IMG/VR virus record: IMGVR_UViG_3300036859_000973
Location: 1 to 64,000 of that record
DNA from: a virus
DNA length: 64,000 nucleotides
Strand: one strand, 5' to 3'
Position 1 is the stretch's first letter. Each line of letters begins with the position of its first letter. Below, piece after piece: positions 8,808 to 18,146 of the stretch. Both the position numbers and the translations under genes were made by a program. The notes under the pieces were generated by a model that did no database searches, had not been told where the DNA came from, and saw nothing but the letters and a program-made list of their open reading frames with translations.

Positions 8808-9035
8808 ATGAAAATCGTCGTCAAGGGCGTCGGCGTCGAGGACAAGATCGGCTACAGCCACCTGTTCAAGAAGGTGAAGATCTCCGGGAACGGCTGCTAC
8901 ATCTACGTCCCGCGTTCGTGGATCGGCACCCAGGTCGTCATCATCGCGCTGGAGCCCGTGCCGGACGAGGGCGTGAACCTGCGAGGCAGCAACAAGCCGC
9001 ACCTCTCGAAGAGACGCGCCAAGCCGACCGCGTGA
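8808..9035 (+). CDS. DUF2080/AbrB-like swapped-hairpin protein
   Basis: KKVKISGNGCYIYVPRSWIGTQVVII matches the archaeal DUF2080 pattern. Confidence 0.75.
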   Translation: MKIVVKGVGVEDKIGYSHLFKKVKISGNGCYIYVPRSWIGTQVVIIALEPVPDEGVNLRGSNKPHLSKRRAKPTA

Positions 9036-9081
9036 GCCAACTTCGCCACGTTCAAGTCCCTCCTCGGGCCATTCCATCAGC

Positions 9082-9378
9082 GTGCGTCCTGTCCTGCGCG
9101 ACATCGGCGGCATCCGGATCGTCGTGGACTGTCCCCACTGCGGGACACCGCTGGCGTTGTCGCCGCCCTTCAACGTGCGGCTCGCGGGCGAGGGTCCGAC
9201 CGTCGAGCCGGACTTCCTCTGCCACCAGTGCGGCTTCTATGGCCACCTGAAGCGCGGCAAGGTCATCGAGCGGCGCGGCGGGCTCTCCATCCCGCCCGAC
9301 CGCCCTGTCGCCGTGGCGCCAGCCCCGTCGCGGCGCCGCGCCATGCAGTTCCGCCACGGGACACGAGGGCGGCTCTGA
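9082..9378 (+). CDS. Zn-ribbon protein
   Basis: CPHCG...PTVEPDFLCHQCGFYGHL. Confidence 0.6.
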   Translation: MRPVLRDIGGIRIVVDCPHCGTPLALSPPFNVRLAGEGPTVEPDFLCHQCGFYGHLKRGKVIERRGGLSIPPDRPVAVAPAPSRRRAMQFRHGTRGRL

Positions 9379-9683
9379 TGCCGCGGTGGAAGACCCCCGA
9401 CGTCCTTGGGATGCGCACGACGCCGACGCTGCGGCGCATGGCTGAAGAGCTTGGGCTCACGGTCAAGCCCGACGCGACGAAGTACGACATCGTCGCGGCG
9501 ATCCGCGACCACTACGATCCTCCCGTCCTTCCCTCGACGTTCCGGGAGCACCTCAACGAGAACTACGAGTCGCCGAGCTTGCGCGAGGCGCGGGAGCGCG
9601 AGGAGCGCCACGCGAAGCAGACGCAGCGCGAGTTCCGCATCCAGCAGGACGCCCTCAAGCGGATTTTTAGGAAGCCATTTTGA
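9378..9683 (+). CDS. HeH/Rho-N-like nucleic-acid-binding protein
   Basis: TLRRMAEELGL...ATKYDIVAAI. Confidence 0.55.
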   Translation: MPRWKTPDVLGMRTTPTLRRMAEELGLTVKPDATKYDIVAAIRDHYDPPVLPSTFREHLNENYESPSLREAREREERHAKQTQREFRIQQDALKRIFRKPF

Positions 9684-9699
9684 ATACGGCGCGCCATCC

Positions 9700-9855
9700 G
9701 CGGGACGGGCCTGTTGCGGGCTCGACGGCGCCGCTGGGGAGGCCACGGCGCCGCCCACCTTCCCCCCCTCTGGAAGGAATCTGTGCATCCCATCGTGGCC
9801 TCCCACACATTCAAATCGGCACGTTCAAGACGCCCTCGAAGGCATCCCGTCCGTC
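9700..9855 (+). ncRNA. Structured leader upstream of the portal gene
   Basis: 11-bp perfect stem 9737-9747/9794-9804 with an inner hairpin; 9703-9709 pairs with 9846-9852 next to the ATG. Confidence 0.4.
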
Positions 9856-11397
9856 ATGCCGGCCAAGCGCGCCAAGAAGGCTCCGTCGTCGCGCCGCGCC
9901 GCCGCGGCGCCGCCCGCGCGCCAGTTCACGCCGCGGCCCGGCCACCGCTACAAGGTCGGCCTCTTCCCATCCACCGAGCAGGCGCAGGCCTACGTCAGCT
10001 TCGTGCAGTCCGAGTCGCGCCGGCGCGGCTTCTCGCCGACCGCCTCGTGGTACAACAACGCCATCAACCAGTTCGGCGGCATCCCGTCCGGCAGCGTCGC
10101 CTCCAGCGCCTCGCGGCGCGAGGTCAGGAGCTACGACTACCAGATGCGCATCTGGCCCCAGGATCGCATCTACCTCTTCGAGCGCGACGTCACCGCGCGG
10201 ATGATCTGCGAGGACCCGCCCCTGATGGCGTGGCATCGCCTCCCCGAGACGCTCGACCCCGCCATCGACGACTACTTCGACGACCTCACGGACCTCGGGC
10301 TGCCCCAGGCAGCCTCGGCCGCCCACGCGCTCGCGCGGCGCGACGGGGGGGCTTGGCTCTACATCAACGCCACCGGCGAGCCGACGGAGCCCATCGGCGC
10401 CCGCGACGAGCTTCTCGGCTTCGACCTCATCTCGGGCTACGACGTCGTGGACGAGCCCACCACGACGATCCAGGTCGCCCCCGAGGAGCGCGGGCGCGAC
10501 CCCGTCCTGCGCCAGCACGGATTCAAGTCCATCGCCTTCTTCGCGACGCCCGAGGACAAGGCACGCAACTTCCCGACCGTGGTTCACGGCTCGCGCCTCG
10601 TCAACTTCAACTTCGACCGCTACTCGAAGTGGTGGCACGGCCGCAGCTACCTCGACGTGCGCTTCGACGTGCTCTGGAACCTGCGCGACGTCGAGTTCGC
10701 GCAGAAGCACGGCCAGATCCAGGGCAACCCCATCGCGGCCTATGTGGACGTCGAGAACGAGTTCTCGTCCTCGGACGACGCGGACGACGACCTCGCGGCG
10801 GAGATCGTGGAGTTCCGCGAGGGCTCAAGGGACATGTTCTCCAGCGTCGAGGGCCTCGAACTGAAGCGCCTCGGCGCCGCCGATCTCGACGACCCCGACA
10901 AGGTCATCCGGCTCCTCGCCTCGCGCGCGTCGCACGGCACGGAATACACCGTCAACCAGATCCTCGCGTCGTCGCGCGGCAGCGAGCAGGTCACGGACCA
11001 GGACATCAAGATGCACATCGGCGCCATCCGGGTCAAGACGCAGGAGACCCAGGTGCGCCCGATCCTCTCGCACCTCGTCCGCATCGGCCACGCTACGAAC
11101 CTCGTGCCGCGGCGCAGGCGCTTGCCCCGCCAGATGGTCTGGCCCGACCTCATCACGCTCCTGCCCGAGGAACGCACCCGCGTCCTGCGCGGCGAGGCCG
11201 ATGCTGTGAACAAGGCCCTCAAGAGCGGCCGCCTCGCGCCGCCCGAGGTTGAGCGCCGCTGGCGGCCCAACCTTACACCGATTGACACGCGCTTCGTGCT
11301 CCCGAGCGTCGCGGCGAAGGAGACCCTCGGTGAGGACGGCGAGCCCATCGACCCGAACGACAAGCCGGCGCCCGGCGACGACAGCGAGGAGGCCTGA
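9856..11397 (+). CDS. Portal protein (DUF1073-like)
   Basis: ARRDGGAWLYI and VHGSRL...WHGRSYL motifs; ~513 aa; first gene of the head module. Confidence 0.75.
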   Translation: MPAKRAKKAPSSRRAAAAPPARQFTPRPGHRYKVGLFPSTEQAQAYVSFVQSESRRRGFSPTASWYNNAINQFGGIPSGSVASSASRREVRSYDYQMRIWPQDRIYLFERDVTARMICEDPPLMAWHRLPETLDPAIDDYFDDLTDLGLPQAASAAHALARRDGGAWLYINATGEPTEPIGARDELLGFDLISGYDVVDEPTTTIQVAPEERGRDPVLRQHGFKSIAFFATPEDKARNFPTVVHGSRLVNFNFDRYSKWWHGRSYLDVRFDVLWNLRDVEFAQKHGQIQGNPIAAYVDVENEFSSSDDADDDLAAEIVEFREGSRDMFSSVEGLELKRLGAADLDDPDKVIRLLASRASHGTEYTVNQILASSRGSEQVTDQDIKMHIGAIRVKTQETQVRPILSHLVRIGHATNLVPRRRRLPRQMVWPDLITLLPEERTRVLRGEADAVNKALKSGRLAPPEVERRWRPNLTPIDTRFVLPSVAAKETLGEDGEPIDPNDKPAPGDDSEEA

Positions 11398-11398
11398 G

Positions 11399-11707
11399 AT
11401 GCAACCTCACCAGCCCGGTCTCCAGTTCGGGGAGCACCACTGGTCGCGTGGGTGGTTCTTCCGCCGCCTCGCCGACGGCGCCGTGCGGATGCAGCACCGC
11501 GTCCCGTGCAACGACAATCCACCGTGCGACGATGGCGAGCACATCCTGGCCTCGTTCAACATCCCGGCGGCCGAGTGGGCCAGCATCGTCGCCTACGTCA
11601 GCCTCGGTGGCGAGACCGACGGTCGCCACCAGGTCGCCGAGGCTTTTCACGCCAGCACGGGTCGCCAGGTCCTCGTCGCCGAGCCTGCGTCGAAATCGGA
11701 AGGCTGA
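11399..11707 (+). CDS. Hypothetical protein
   Basis: GGAGG RBS; H...GWFFRRLADGAV motif. Confidence 0.6.
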   Translation: MQPHQPGLQFGEHHWSRGWFFRRLADGAVRMQHRVPCNDNPPCDDGEHILASFNIPAAEWASIVAYVSLGGETDGRHQVAEAFHASTGRQVLVAEPASKSEG

Positions 11708-11860
11708 TGAGCAGCGTGCCACGCTTCCGTCACCGGTAGCCATGCCGGTCCACCGTGGCCCCTTCAAGCTCATCGACGGCGTCCTGCTCGACGGTGACGA
11801 GCAGCCGGTTCTTCTTCTGTTGCAGGAGGTGGAGCCAGTTGCCTCGCTGGCTCCCGGTCG

Positions 11861-12925
11861 TTGGAGGCATGCCCTGTGACGCCGATCACGACGCCGCTGA
11901 CGTCGTGCTGGGCGATCGAGCCGCACGTCTTCGAGGGCATGATCCATGTGTTCTCGATGCTCAGCGGCGACGATCTCCGCCGCCTCGCGGAGACGGCGCG
12001 CGCCGCTGCGTCTCCCACGGAGATCGCCACGAACGGCGACATCGCCATCATCCCGATCATGGGCCCGATCACCAAGGGCCACAGCATCTTCGAGGACATC
12101 TTCGGCGGCACGTCCTCCGTCCACACGCGCAACCTCCTCGCCAGCGCCATGGCCGACCCGCGGATCGGCGCCGTCGTGCTCCACATTGACAGCCCCGGCG
12201 GCACGGTCGCCGGCAGCGTCGATCTCGCGGCCGACGTCGCCGCTGCGACGAAGCCCGTCCTCGCCTTCGTCGAGGACATGGCCGCGAGCGCGGGCCTCTG
12301 GATCGCCTCCCAGACGGACGGCATTATCGCCACGCGCACGAGCGAGATCGGCAGCATCGGCGTGCGCACGGGCCTCTACGACCTCTCCGCGCTCTTCGAG
12401 AAGATGGGCGTGCGCGCCGTCCCGATCTCGACGGCGCAGCACAAGTCCATCGGGATGCCGGGCGCCCCGATCACGTCCGAGCAGGTCGAGGTCATCCGCG
12501 AGCGCATCCAGCCGATCCACGACCTCTTCGTGCGCGACGTCGCCAAGGGGCGCGGCATGAGCGTCAAGGACGTCGAGGCGCTCGCCGACGGGCGCATCTG
12601 GATCGGCGCCGACGCCGTCAAGCTCGGCCTCGCCGACCGCATCGGGACCGTCCAGGACGTCATCGCCGAGGCGCGCGCCCGTGTGGGCAAGAAGCGCCGG
12701 CGCGGCACCTGGGCTCATGTTCTCGTGCTGAAGGAGACGACGACGGACGCCGGGACCGCGGCCGGCCCCGAGGTCTCCGTTGGTGGTGTCCCGGAGGAGC
12801 CCGCCGCCCCCGCTGTCGCCAGCTACCAGCAGTTCATCGAGGCAGGCGCGACCGGCGAGTTCGCAGCCGACGATCCCGACTTCCTCGCGGACACCGAGGA
12901 GATCGACCCCAAGGAGGTGGCCTAG
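11861..12925 (+). CDS. S49/SppA-family prohead protease
   Basis: IDSPGG, MAASAGLWIAS, IGSIGV, GLADRIG. Confidence 0.9.
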   Translation: MEACPVTPITTPLTSCWAIEPHVFEGMIHVFSMLSGDDLRRLAETARAAASPTEIATNGDIAIIPIMGPITKGHSIFEDIFGGTSSVHTRNLLASAMADPRIGAVVLHIDSPGGTVAGSVDLAADVAAATKPVLAFVEDMAASAGLWIASQTDGIIATRTSEIGSIGVRTGLYDLSALFEKMGVRAVPISTAQHKSIGMPGAPITSEQVEVIRERIQPIHDLFVRDVAKGRGMSVKDVEALADGRIWIGADAVKLGLADRIGTVQDVIAEARARVGKKRRRGTWAHVLVLKETTTDAGTAAGPEVSVGGVPEEPAAPAVASYQQFIEAGATGEFAADDPDFLADTEEIDPKEVA

Positions 12926-13702
12926 ATGCCACTGCCAAACGAAGCATCCTGCCGTCTTGCGGAGCCTGCCGAGGGCGCGAAGTTCCGGCGCAAGAACGGC
13001 GCGGCCAAGATCGCGGGCAAGCCCGTGGACCACATCTTCATGATCCAGGGCGGGAAATCCAAGCTCCAAAGCGTGCGTTTTCCACGCGCGGCCGGGTGGA
13101 CGAATACCGAGGCGAAGAAGCACTGCTCGGGCAAGTTCGAGCCCATGACCGGCGACGGCAAAGAATCGAGCAATTCAAGTACGCGGCGCGCGCCTTCCGC
13201 CAACGGCGAGATTCCCATGGCGGACGGCGACGTTCCAGAGAACGCGGCGATCATCACGGCGCTCCAACAGAAGGTCGAGACGCTCTCGACGAGCGTCCAG
13301 GCGCTCACCGCCGCGATGGAGCAGGAGCGCGTGCAGCGCGCCGAGGCCGCCAAGGCCGCGCTCTCCCAGCGCCGGGCCGAACTCGTCGCGAAGTTCCCCG
13401 ACGACATCACCGCCGAGGAGGTCGCCAGCGCCGACGACGCGACCATCACGCTGCTCGACGCCAAGCTCGCCAAGGCCAAGGCGCGCGGCAACGGCCTGCC
13501 GCGCACGCGCGGCGGCGACGCCATCGCCGGCCAGAAGGGATTCATGGAGTCCCTCGGCGACGAGCCCGTCGAGGTCCTCGGCATCCCCGTCGTCTCGCCC
13601 GCGGCCATGGAGAAGCAGCGCCGCCAGTGGGTCGAGGGCCTCGCCCGGCACAACGACATGCCTGGCGTCCAGCGCATCGTCCGCGGAGGTGTGTCACAAT
13701 GA
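12926..13702 (+). CDS. Putative capsid scaffolding protein
   Basis: Coiled-coil region; lies between protease and capsid genes; possible internal start at 13217. Confidence 0.6.
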   Translation: MPLPNEASCRLAEPAEGAKFRRKNGAAKIAGKPVDHIFMIQGGKSKLQSVRFPRAAGWTNTEAKKHCSGKFEPMTGDGKESSNSSTRRAPSANGEIPMADGDVPENAAIITALQQKVETLSTSVQALTAAMEQERVQRAEAAKAALSQRRAELVAKFPDDITAEEVASADDATITLLDAKLAKAKARGNGLPRTRGGDAIAGQKGFMESLGDEPVEVLGIPVVSPAAMEKQRRQWVEGLARHNDMPGVQRIVRGGVSQ

Positions 13703-14172
13703 CGCTCCAGAGCATCGACCAGCACGAGAACCGCAACGGCATCGTGGTGGACTCGCCCGGCGACATGGTCGGCGAGGGCCTCGTCACCGCCGCCAACACC
13801 GTCACGCCTGGCATGGTCGTGACGAAGGGCACCAACGACGGCGAGGTGATCCCGGACAACAACAGCGGCAAGCACCTCGGCTACGCCCTGGAGCGCGTCT
13901 CCAGCGCCGACGAGGACCTGCGCAGCGACTTCGACGCCGGCGAGAACGTGCGCTACGCCTACAAGCCCGGCGCGCGCTGCATGCTGCTCATCGCGAGCGG
14001 CCAGAACCTCACCAAGGGCGCGCGCCTCAAGTCGTCGTCGGGCAAGCTCGTCGCCTTCGTCGCGGGCACGGACGGAGCCGAGGAGGCTGTCGCCGTCATC
14101 ATCCAGGAGAACGGCACCGGCGGTGCGCTCGGTGCGGATGCGTACAAGCTCTGCCGCTGGGGGGTGCAGTAG
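13699..14172 (+). CDS. Head decoration/cement protein
   Basis: ~157 aa, beta-rich, directly before the MCP; GGAGGTG RBS. Confidence 0.65.
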   Translation: MTLQSIDQHENRNGIVVDSPGDMVGEGLVTAANTVTPGMVVTKGTNDGEVIPDNNSGKHLGYALERVSSADEDLRSDFDAGENVRYAYKPGARCMLLIASGQNLTKGARLKSSSGKLVAFVAGTDGAEEAVAVIIQENGTGGALGADAYKLCRWGVQ

Positions 14173-15150
14173 ATGAGCTACGCGCCGTACCCGGCCATCG
14201 ACGAGGTCGGCATCACCACCGCCCTCATCCAAGGGTTCACGCGCGATCTCCGGCAGGACCTCCCCGGGCTCGCGCTCGCCGCGGGCCACGAGTCCCGCAT
14301 GGGCCGCTGGTTCCATGACGACCTCAAGTGGCGCGAGGCGGGCCGGCTCAAGCACACGGTCCTCTCGATGGACTTCCCGCCCGTCCAGTCGGACAGCGGC
14401 AAGCTCAAGAAGCGCACCGTCGAGGCCCCGATCTGGACCAAGGACCTGGAGTGGGGCGGCCGCAAGGCACGCCAGGTCGAGGAGGCCGGCCTCGACACCG
14501 TCGCCCTCGCGGAGCGCGCGGAGGCGATGGCGGAGGACCTGAGCCGCTTCATCCTGCTCGGCGCGGACAAGGAGATCTTCGGCGGCAGCCAGGACATCCT
14601 CGGCCTCATCAACCACGCCGGCATCGACACGACCGCCGGCGGCGACTGGACCGACCCGACCATCATGAACAGCGACCTCGGCGTCGCGCACGCGGCCCTC
14701 GCAGTCAAGCGCCAGGGCGGCAACGTCACGCTGCTCATGAACCAGGTCAACCGCGGCGTGCTGAACAACTTCATCAACAACCAGCCCGTCCGCATCGGCC
14801 AGAACCTCCCGCCCTTCATCAGCCGCGTCCTCTTCGAGGAGGACACGGCGATCGTCGCGGCCGACACGGCGTTCCTCATCAACGACGGCCGGCGCACGAA
14901 CTACGACGTGGTCGCGCCGCCGAACGAGGACGGCCTCAGTTTCGGCCTGGGCAACGTCAACCTCGGCAACGCCGAGGAGGACTTCGACCGTGCCATCGGT
15001 CTCGGGGGCACGAGCATGGAGCGCGCGGACCAGATCATGAGGTCGCGCACGCTGCGCTTCATGAACATCCTCACCCTGAAGATCAACCGGGACGGCGACA
15101 GCCTGGAGGGCGATCGGAGCTTCGCCCAGAAAATTACGTATTCTGATTAG
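14173..15150 (+). CDS. Major capsid protein (HK97 fold, encapsulin/linocin-like)
   Basis: 325 aa; AEAMAEDLSRFILLG...ILGLINHAG...GDW; position in the module. Confidence 0.8.
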   Translation: MSYAPYPAIDEVGITTALIQGFTRDLRQDLPGLALAAGHESRMGRWFHDDLKWREAGRLKHTVLSMDFPPVQSDSGKLKKRTVEAPIWTKDLEWGGRKARQVEEAGLDTVALAERAEAMAEDLSRFILLGADKEIFGGSQDILGLINHAGIDTTAGGDWTDPTIMNSDLGVAHAALAVKRQGGNVTLLMNQVNRGVLNNFINNQPVRIGQNLPPFISRVLFEEDTAIVAADTAFLINDGRRTNYDVVAPPNEDGLSFGLGNVNLGNAEEDFDRAIGLGGTSMERADQIMRSRTLRFMNILTLKINRDGDSLEGDRSFAQKITYSD

Positions 15151-16069
15151 GCGATAGTTCCTGAATCGTCTGCGGGTTGATCCCCGCAGCCCTCTTTTCT
15201 ATCCACCGCTCGAACATCAGTGCCCGCTCCGCCTTGCGCGCGAGCGCCACCGTTGCGCCCTCATACATTTCTCTCGTGATGTCGGCGACGACGTAGCCAC
15301 TCACGCGGAACTCGTGAAGCTTCGGTGTCGATCGTCTCACGTTGGCGGAGATGTTTTCGCAGACCTCTTCCCGCACGAATGTCGAGAATCCCTTGCACAT
15401 CGCCTCGCTCCCGGAAAGTTGGATCGAGGGGGCCAGGTACGTTCCCATCTTGTTCTTGTGGACGTTGAACGAGAGGCATCCGTCGCCGTCGATCAGGCCG
15501 CGCCAGTAGTGGCGACGCAGTGCAGCGTCGAACATAGAGTCGGAGGGCGTCTCGCGCGTACTCTTCTTCGGAATGACGCCGAGTCGAATGAGACTCTCGG
15601 CCATCCGATCAGAATAGATCTGGGTGGAGGCCATTTCGCTGGTGGAATTGTGGAAGTCTCCCCATTTGCTTTTCCTCGTCAAGATGGAGGTAGGATAATT
15701 GCTCCCGATGTCGCTGGAGAATCGTTCGACATGTGCCTTGTCCTTCGCGCTCAGCGAGAGCATCACCTTGGCCGGTGCGGAACCATGGCGGGGATATACG
15801 CATCCATCGGCCGTGACGAAACCGAGCCAGTACGCCTTGACCTCGGTGTCGATAGCGTCGAAGAAAGACTCGTTGCACCACCGCTTCCTGATCTTCTTGG
15901 TCCGGAACGCGATCGACACGCGTTCCGATGTCGGTCGCAGCGCGCCCGCTGCGCGCACAGCTTCCCGGATGTCATAGGCGTGGACGTGCAGATCGTGGGC
16001 GATCCACGCGAGAGCGTCTCCTGCCTTGTAGCGGCGCACGGCCTCGGCTGTAGAAGTTTCATCGAGCAC
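15134..16069 (-). mobile_element. Free-standing LAGLIDADG homing endonuclease gene
   Basis: AYWLGFVTADG and RHYWRGLIDGDG; lower GC; antisense to the virion operon. Confidence 0.9.
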
Positions 16070-16155
16070 ATCTTGGTGAAGGTTTTGTACCCTATCAGCG
16101 TGTCGTTCCGCTGAGGATATAGGGGGCGCGCGGGTTGAGAGTTTTGAGGGTCGAG

Positions 16156-17082
16156 ATGGTCAGCACGTTCACGAAGCGGCACCGCAGCAGGTTCGGCGCG
16201 GAGTCGCGCGTCCGGGGCGACCTGAGCATCAGCGCCATCGGCTCCGCGACCGGCGAGGCCGTGGACGGCGCCAAGTTCCTGCTGCGCACGCTCCAGGACG
16301 TGATCTTCATGGGGCCCTCGACGAAGGGCAAGGAGGCGCGCTACGATCGCACCACCGGCAAGATCCGCGTGCTCAGCGGCGGCCTCGGTGGTGTCGTGAC
16401 AGAGTCGTGGCCCGACGTCAAGGGCGGGGAGTTCGGCGACCAGGTCGCCGGTGGCGCGGCTGCCGTCAACGGGGAGTTCATCATCGCCTTCGCGGACGCC
16501 AACGTGACGGCGAAGACCACCATCGCCGCGCAGCCCAACACCGCGGCGGGCCAGCCCGGCAACGCCGCCGCGGGCCGCAACGTGTGTGTCCAGTTCACGA
16601 CGCCCGGTGGCGGGACGCTCCCCGCGGCCGTGGGCAACGCCACCGTGGTCGGCACGGACCAGTTCGGCGCGGCGCAGACCGAGGTGATCTCGCTGGCCGG
16701 GCTCAACGACGTCGTGCTCGCCGCCGGCAACGAGGTCTTCATCCTCGGCAACAAGGTGTTCGCCACCGTCACGAGCCTCACGCTGTCGGTGAACCTGACG
16801 ACCTCGATCGCCGACCTCGACGTGAGCCTCGGCCTCGGCACGATCTTCGCCCTGCGTGGCAGCATCAGCGCCGAGTCCGACGTCAAGAGCGTCCGCAAGG
16901 ACGCCGCGGCGATCACGTCCGCGACCTACGTCGGCAGCGCCACGACCCACAGCCTCGACATGGGCGCGGACGTGGCCGACAACGTGGACATCGTCGTGAC
17001 CTACGACAGCATCGACGCCGAGCAGGACGCCGCCAACGGGGAGAACTGCGGGACGTTCTTGTGCGAGGCCATCGGGACTTAG
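16156..17082 (+). CDS. Putative minor capsid/structural protein
   Basis: Ala/Gly/Thr-rich beta protein after the MCP. Confidence 0.55.
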   Translation: MVSTFTKRHRSRFGAESRVRGDLSISAIGSATGEAVDGAKFLLRTLQDVIFMGPSTKGKEARYDRTTGKIRVLSGGLGGVVTESWPDVKGGEFGDQVAGGAAAVNGEFIIAFADANVTAKTTIAAQPNTAAGQPGNAAAGRNVCVQFTTPGGGTLPAAVGNATVVGTDQFGAAQTEVISLAGLNDVVLAAGNEVFILGNKVFATVTSLTLSVNLTTSIADLDVSLGLGTIFALRGSISAESDVKSVRKDAAAITSATYVGSATTHSLDMGADVADNVDIVVTYDSIDAEQDAANGENCGTFLCEAIGT

Positions 17083-17106
17083 TTTATATAGTTTTGCTCC
17101 GTCTCG

Positions 17107-17931
17107 GTGATGATGCGCCGCGTGCCTCGCGCATTGAGGCAGTGCCGTCGTTGCGGAGTCCAATTCGAGGTTCGTGTCTGCTACGTCAGGAAAGGCAATC
17201 CCTCCTTCTGTTCGAGAGATTGCTACTTGGTTGCCCAGCATGAGGGCCTTGCGGAGAAAAAATGCAGGCATTGTGGGGGTACGTTCGTTGTTCGTCCGTC
17301 GGAGCGCAATTTGTTCTGCGGACGCAAATGTTACTTCCTTTCGAGGGCGATGAAAATCAAGCCGTGTAGGACATGCAGAAAACCCACCCCGGTTCGCAAA
17401 CGCAACAAGACCGGATCGGGGTTCTGTTCAAGGGCTTGTATGCGTTCGCGCATGGCGATTCCGTGCTCGGTGTGTGGAAGAGTCACGATGAAGAAGCCCT
17501 CGGTCATCGCCGTCGGAGCAAGATATTGCAGCGTGGAGTGCAGGAGGAAAGTCGGACGCGGACCAATTAGGACGGTGGCGCTCGATGGTCATCGTTGCGA
17601 CTCCCTGATCGAGGCCATCGCCGACAATCTGCTGTATATGATGCAGATAGAGCACGAGACACACAAGAGGGTTCATGGAAGGCTAAGCTGCGATTTCTAC
17701 ATCCCATCGACCGGTGTCTGGATCGAGGTCGATGGTTTGGGATCTGAGCGTTCTGCACGCAGTAAAGAGACGGCTTCTAGGAAATACAGCATACTGAGCG
17801 AACGAAACCAGACACTCATCGTCCTCTGTCGCCAGGAGGTTCTGCGCCTCGCACTGATCGCGGTGGCCGTGATGACGATCCAGATGAAAAGGGGCGCTAG
17901 TTATATGCTGGCGACGTCATCAGCAGTTTGA
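17107..17931 (+). mobile_element. Zn-finger-repeat PD-(D/E)XK homing-endonuclease-like gene
   Basis: Repeated CxxC...FCSxxC; DSLIE...CDFYIP...WIEVDG; own TATA box TTTATATA at 17083-17090; atypical codon usage. Confidence 0.75.
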
Positions 17932-17935
17932 TCCC

Positions 17936-18094
17936 ATGGTCGTCACGACCACGACCAGTGCCGATGGTGAATACAAGACGCACACCGGCACGCCCCAGGA
18001 GGTCCTCGACGTCATCGAGGACATCCAGCGCTCGAAGATCCTCGCCTTCGGCATGACCTCCGCCACGGCGGCCTGGGCCTTCGTCCGGGCCTGA
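17936..18094 (+). CDS. Small hypothetical protein (52 aa)
   Basis: MVVTTTTSADGEYKTH...; codon usage like its neighbours. Confidence 0.55.
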   Translation: MVVTTTTSADGEYKTHTGTPQEVLDVIEDIQRSKILAFGMTSATAAWAFVRA

Positions 18095-18146
18095 ATCAAT
18101 TTCGAGCCCCTTTTAGCGGCTCGCGCCCCATCCCGAAGCACTGTCC

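Noticed and set aside
14173-15150. Cellular encapsulin nanocompartment
   Set aside because: Portal, protease, neck and tail genes surround it, so it is a viral capsid protein.
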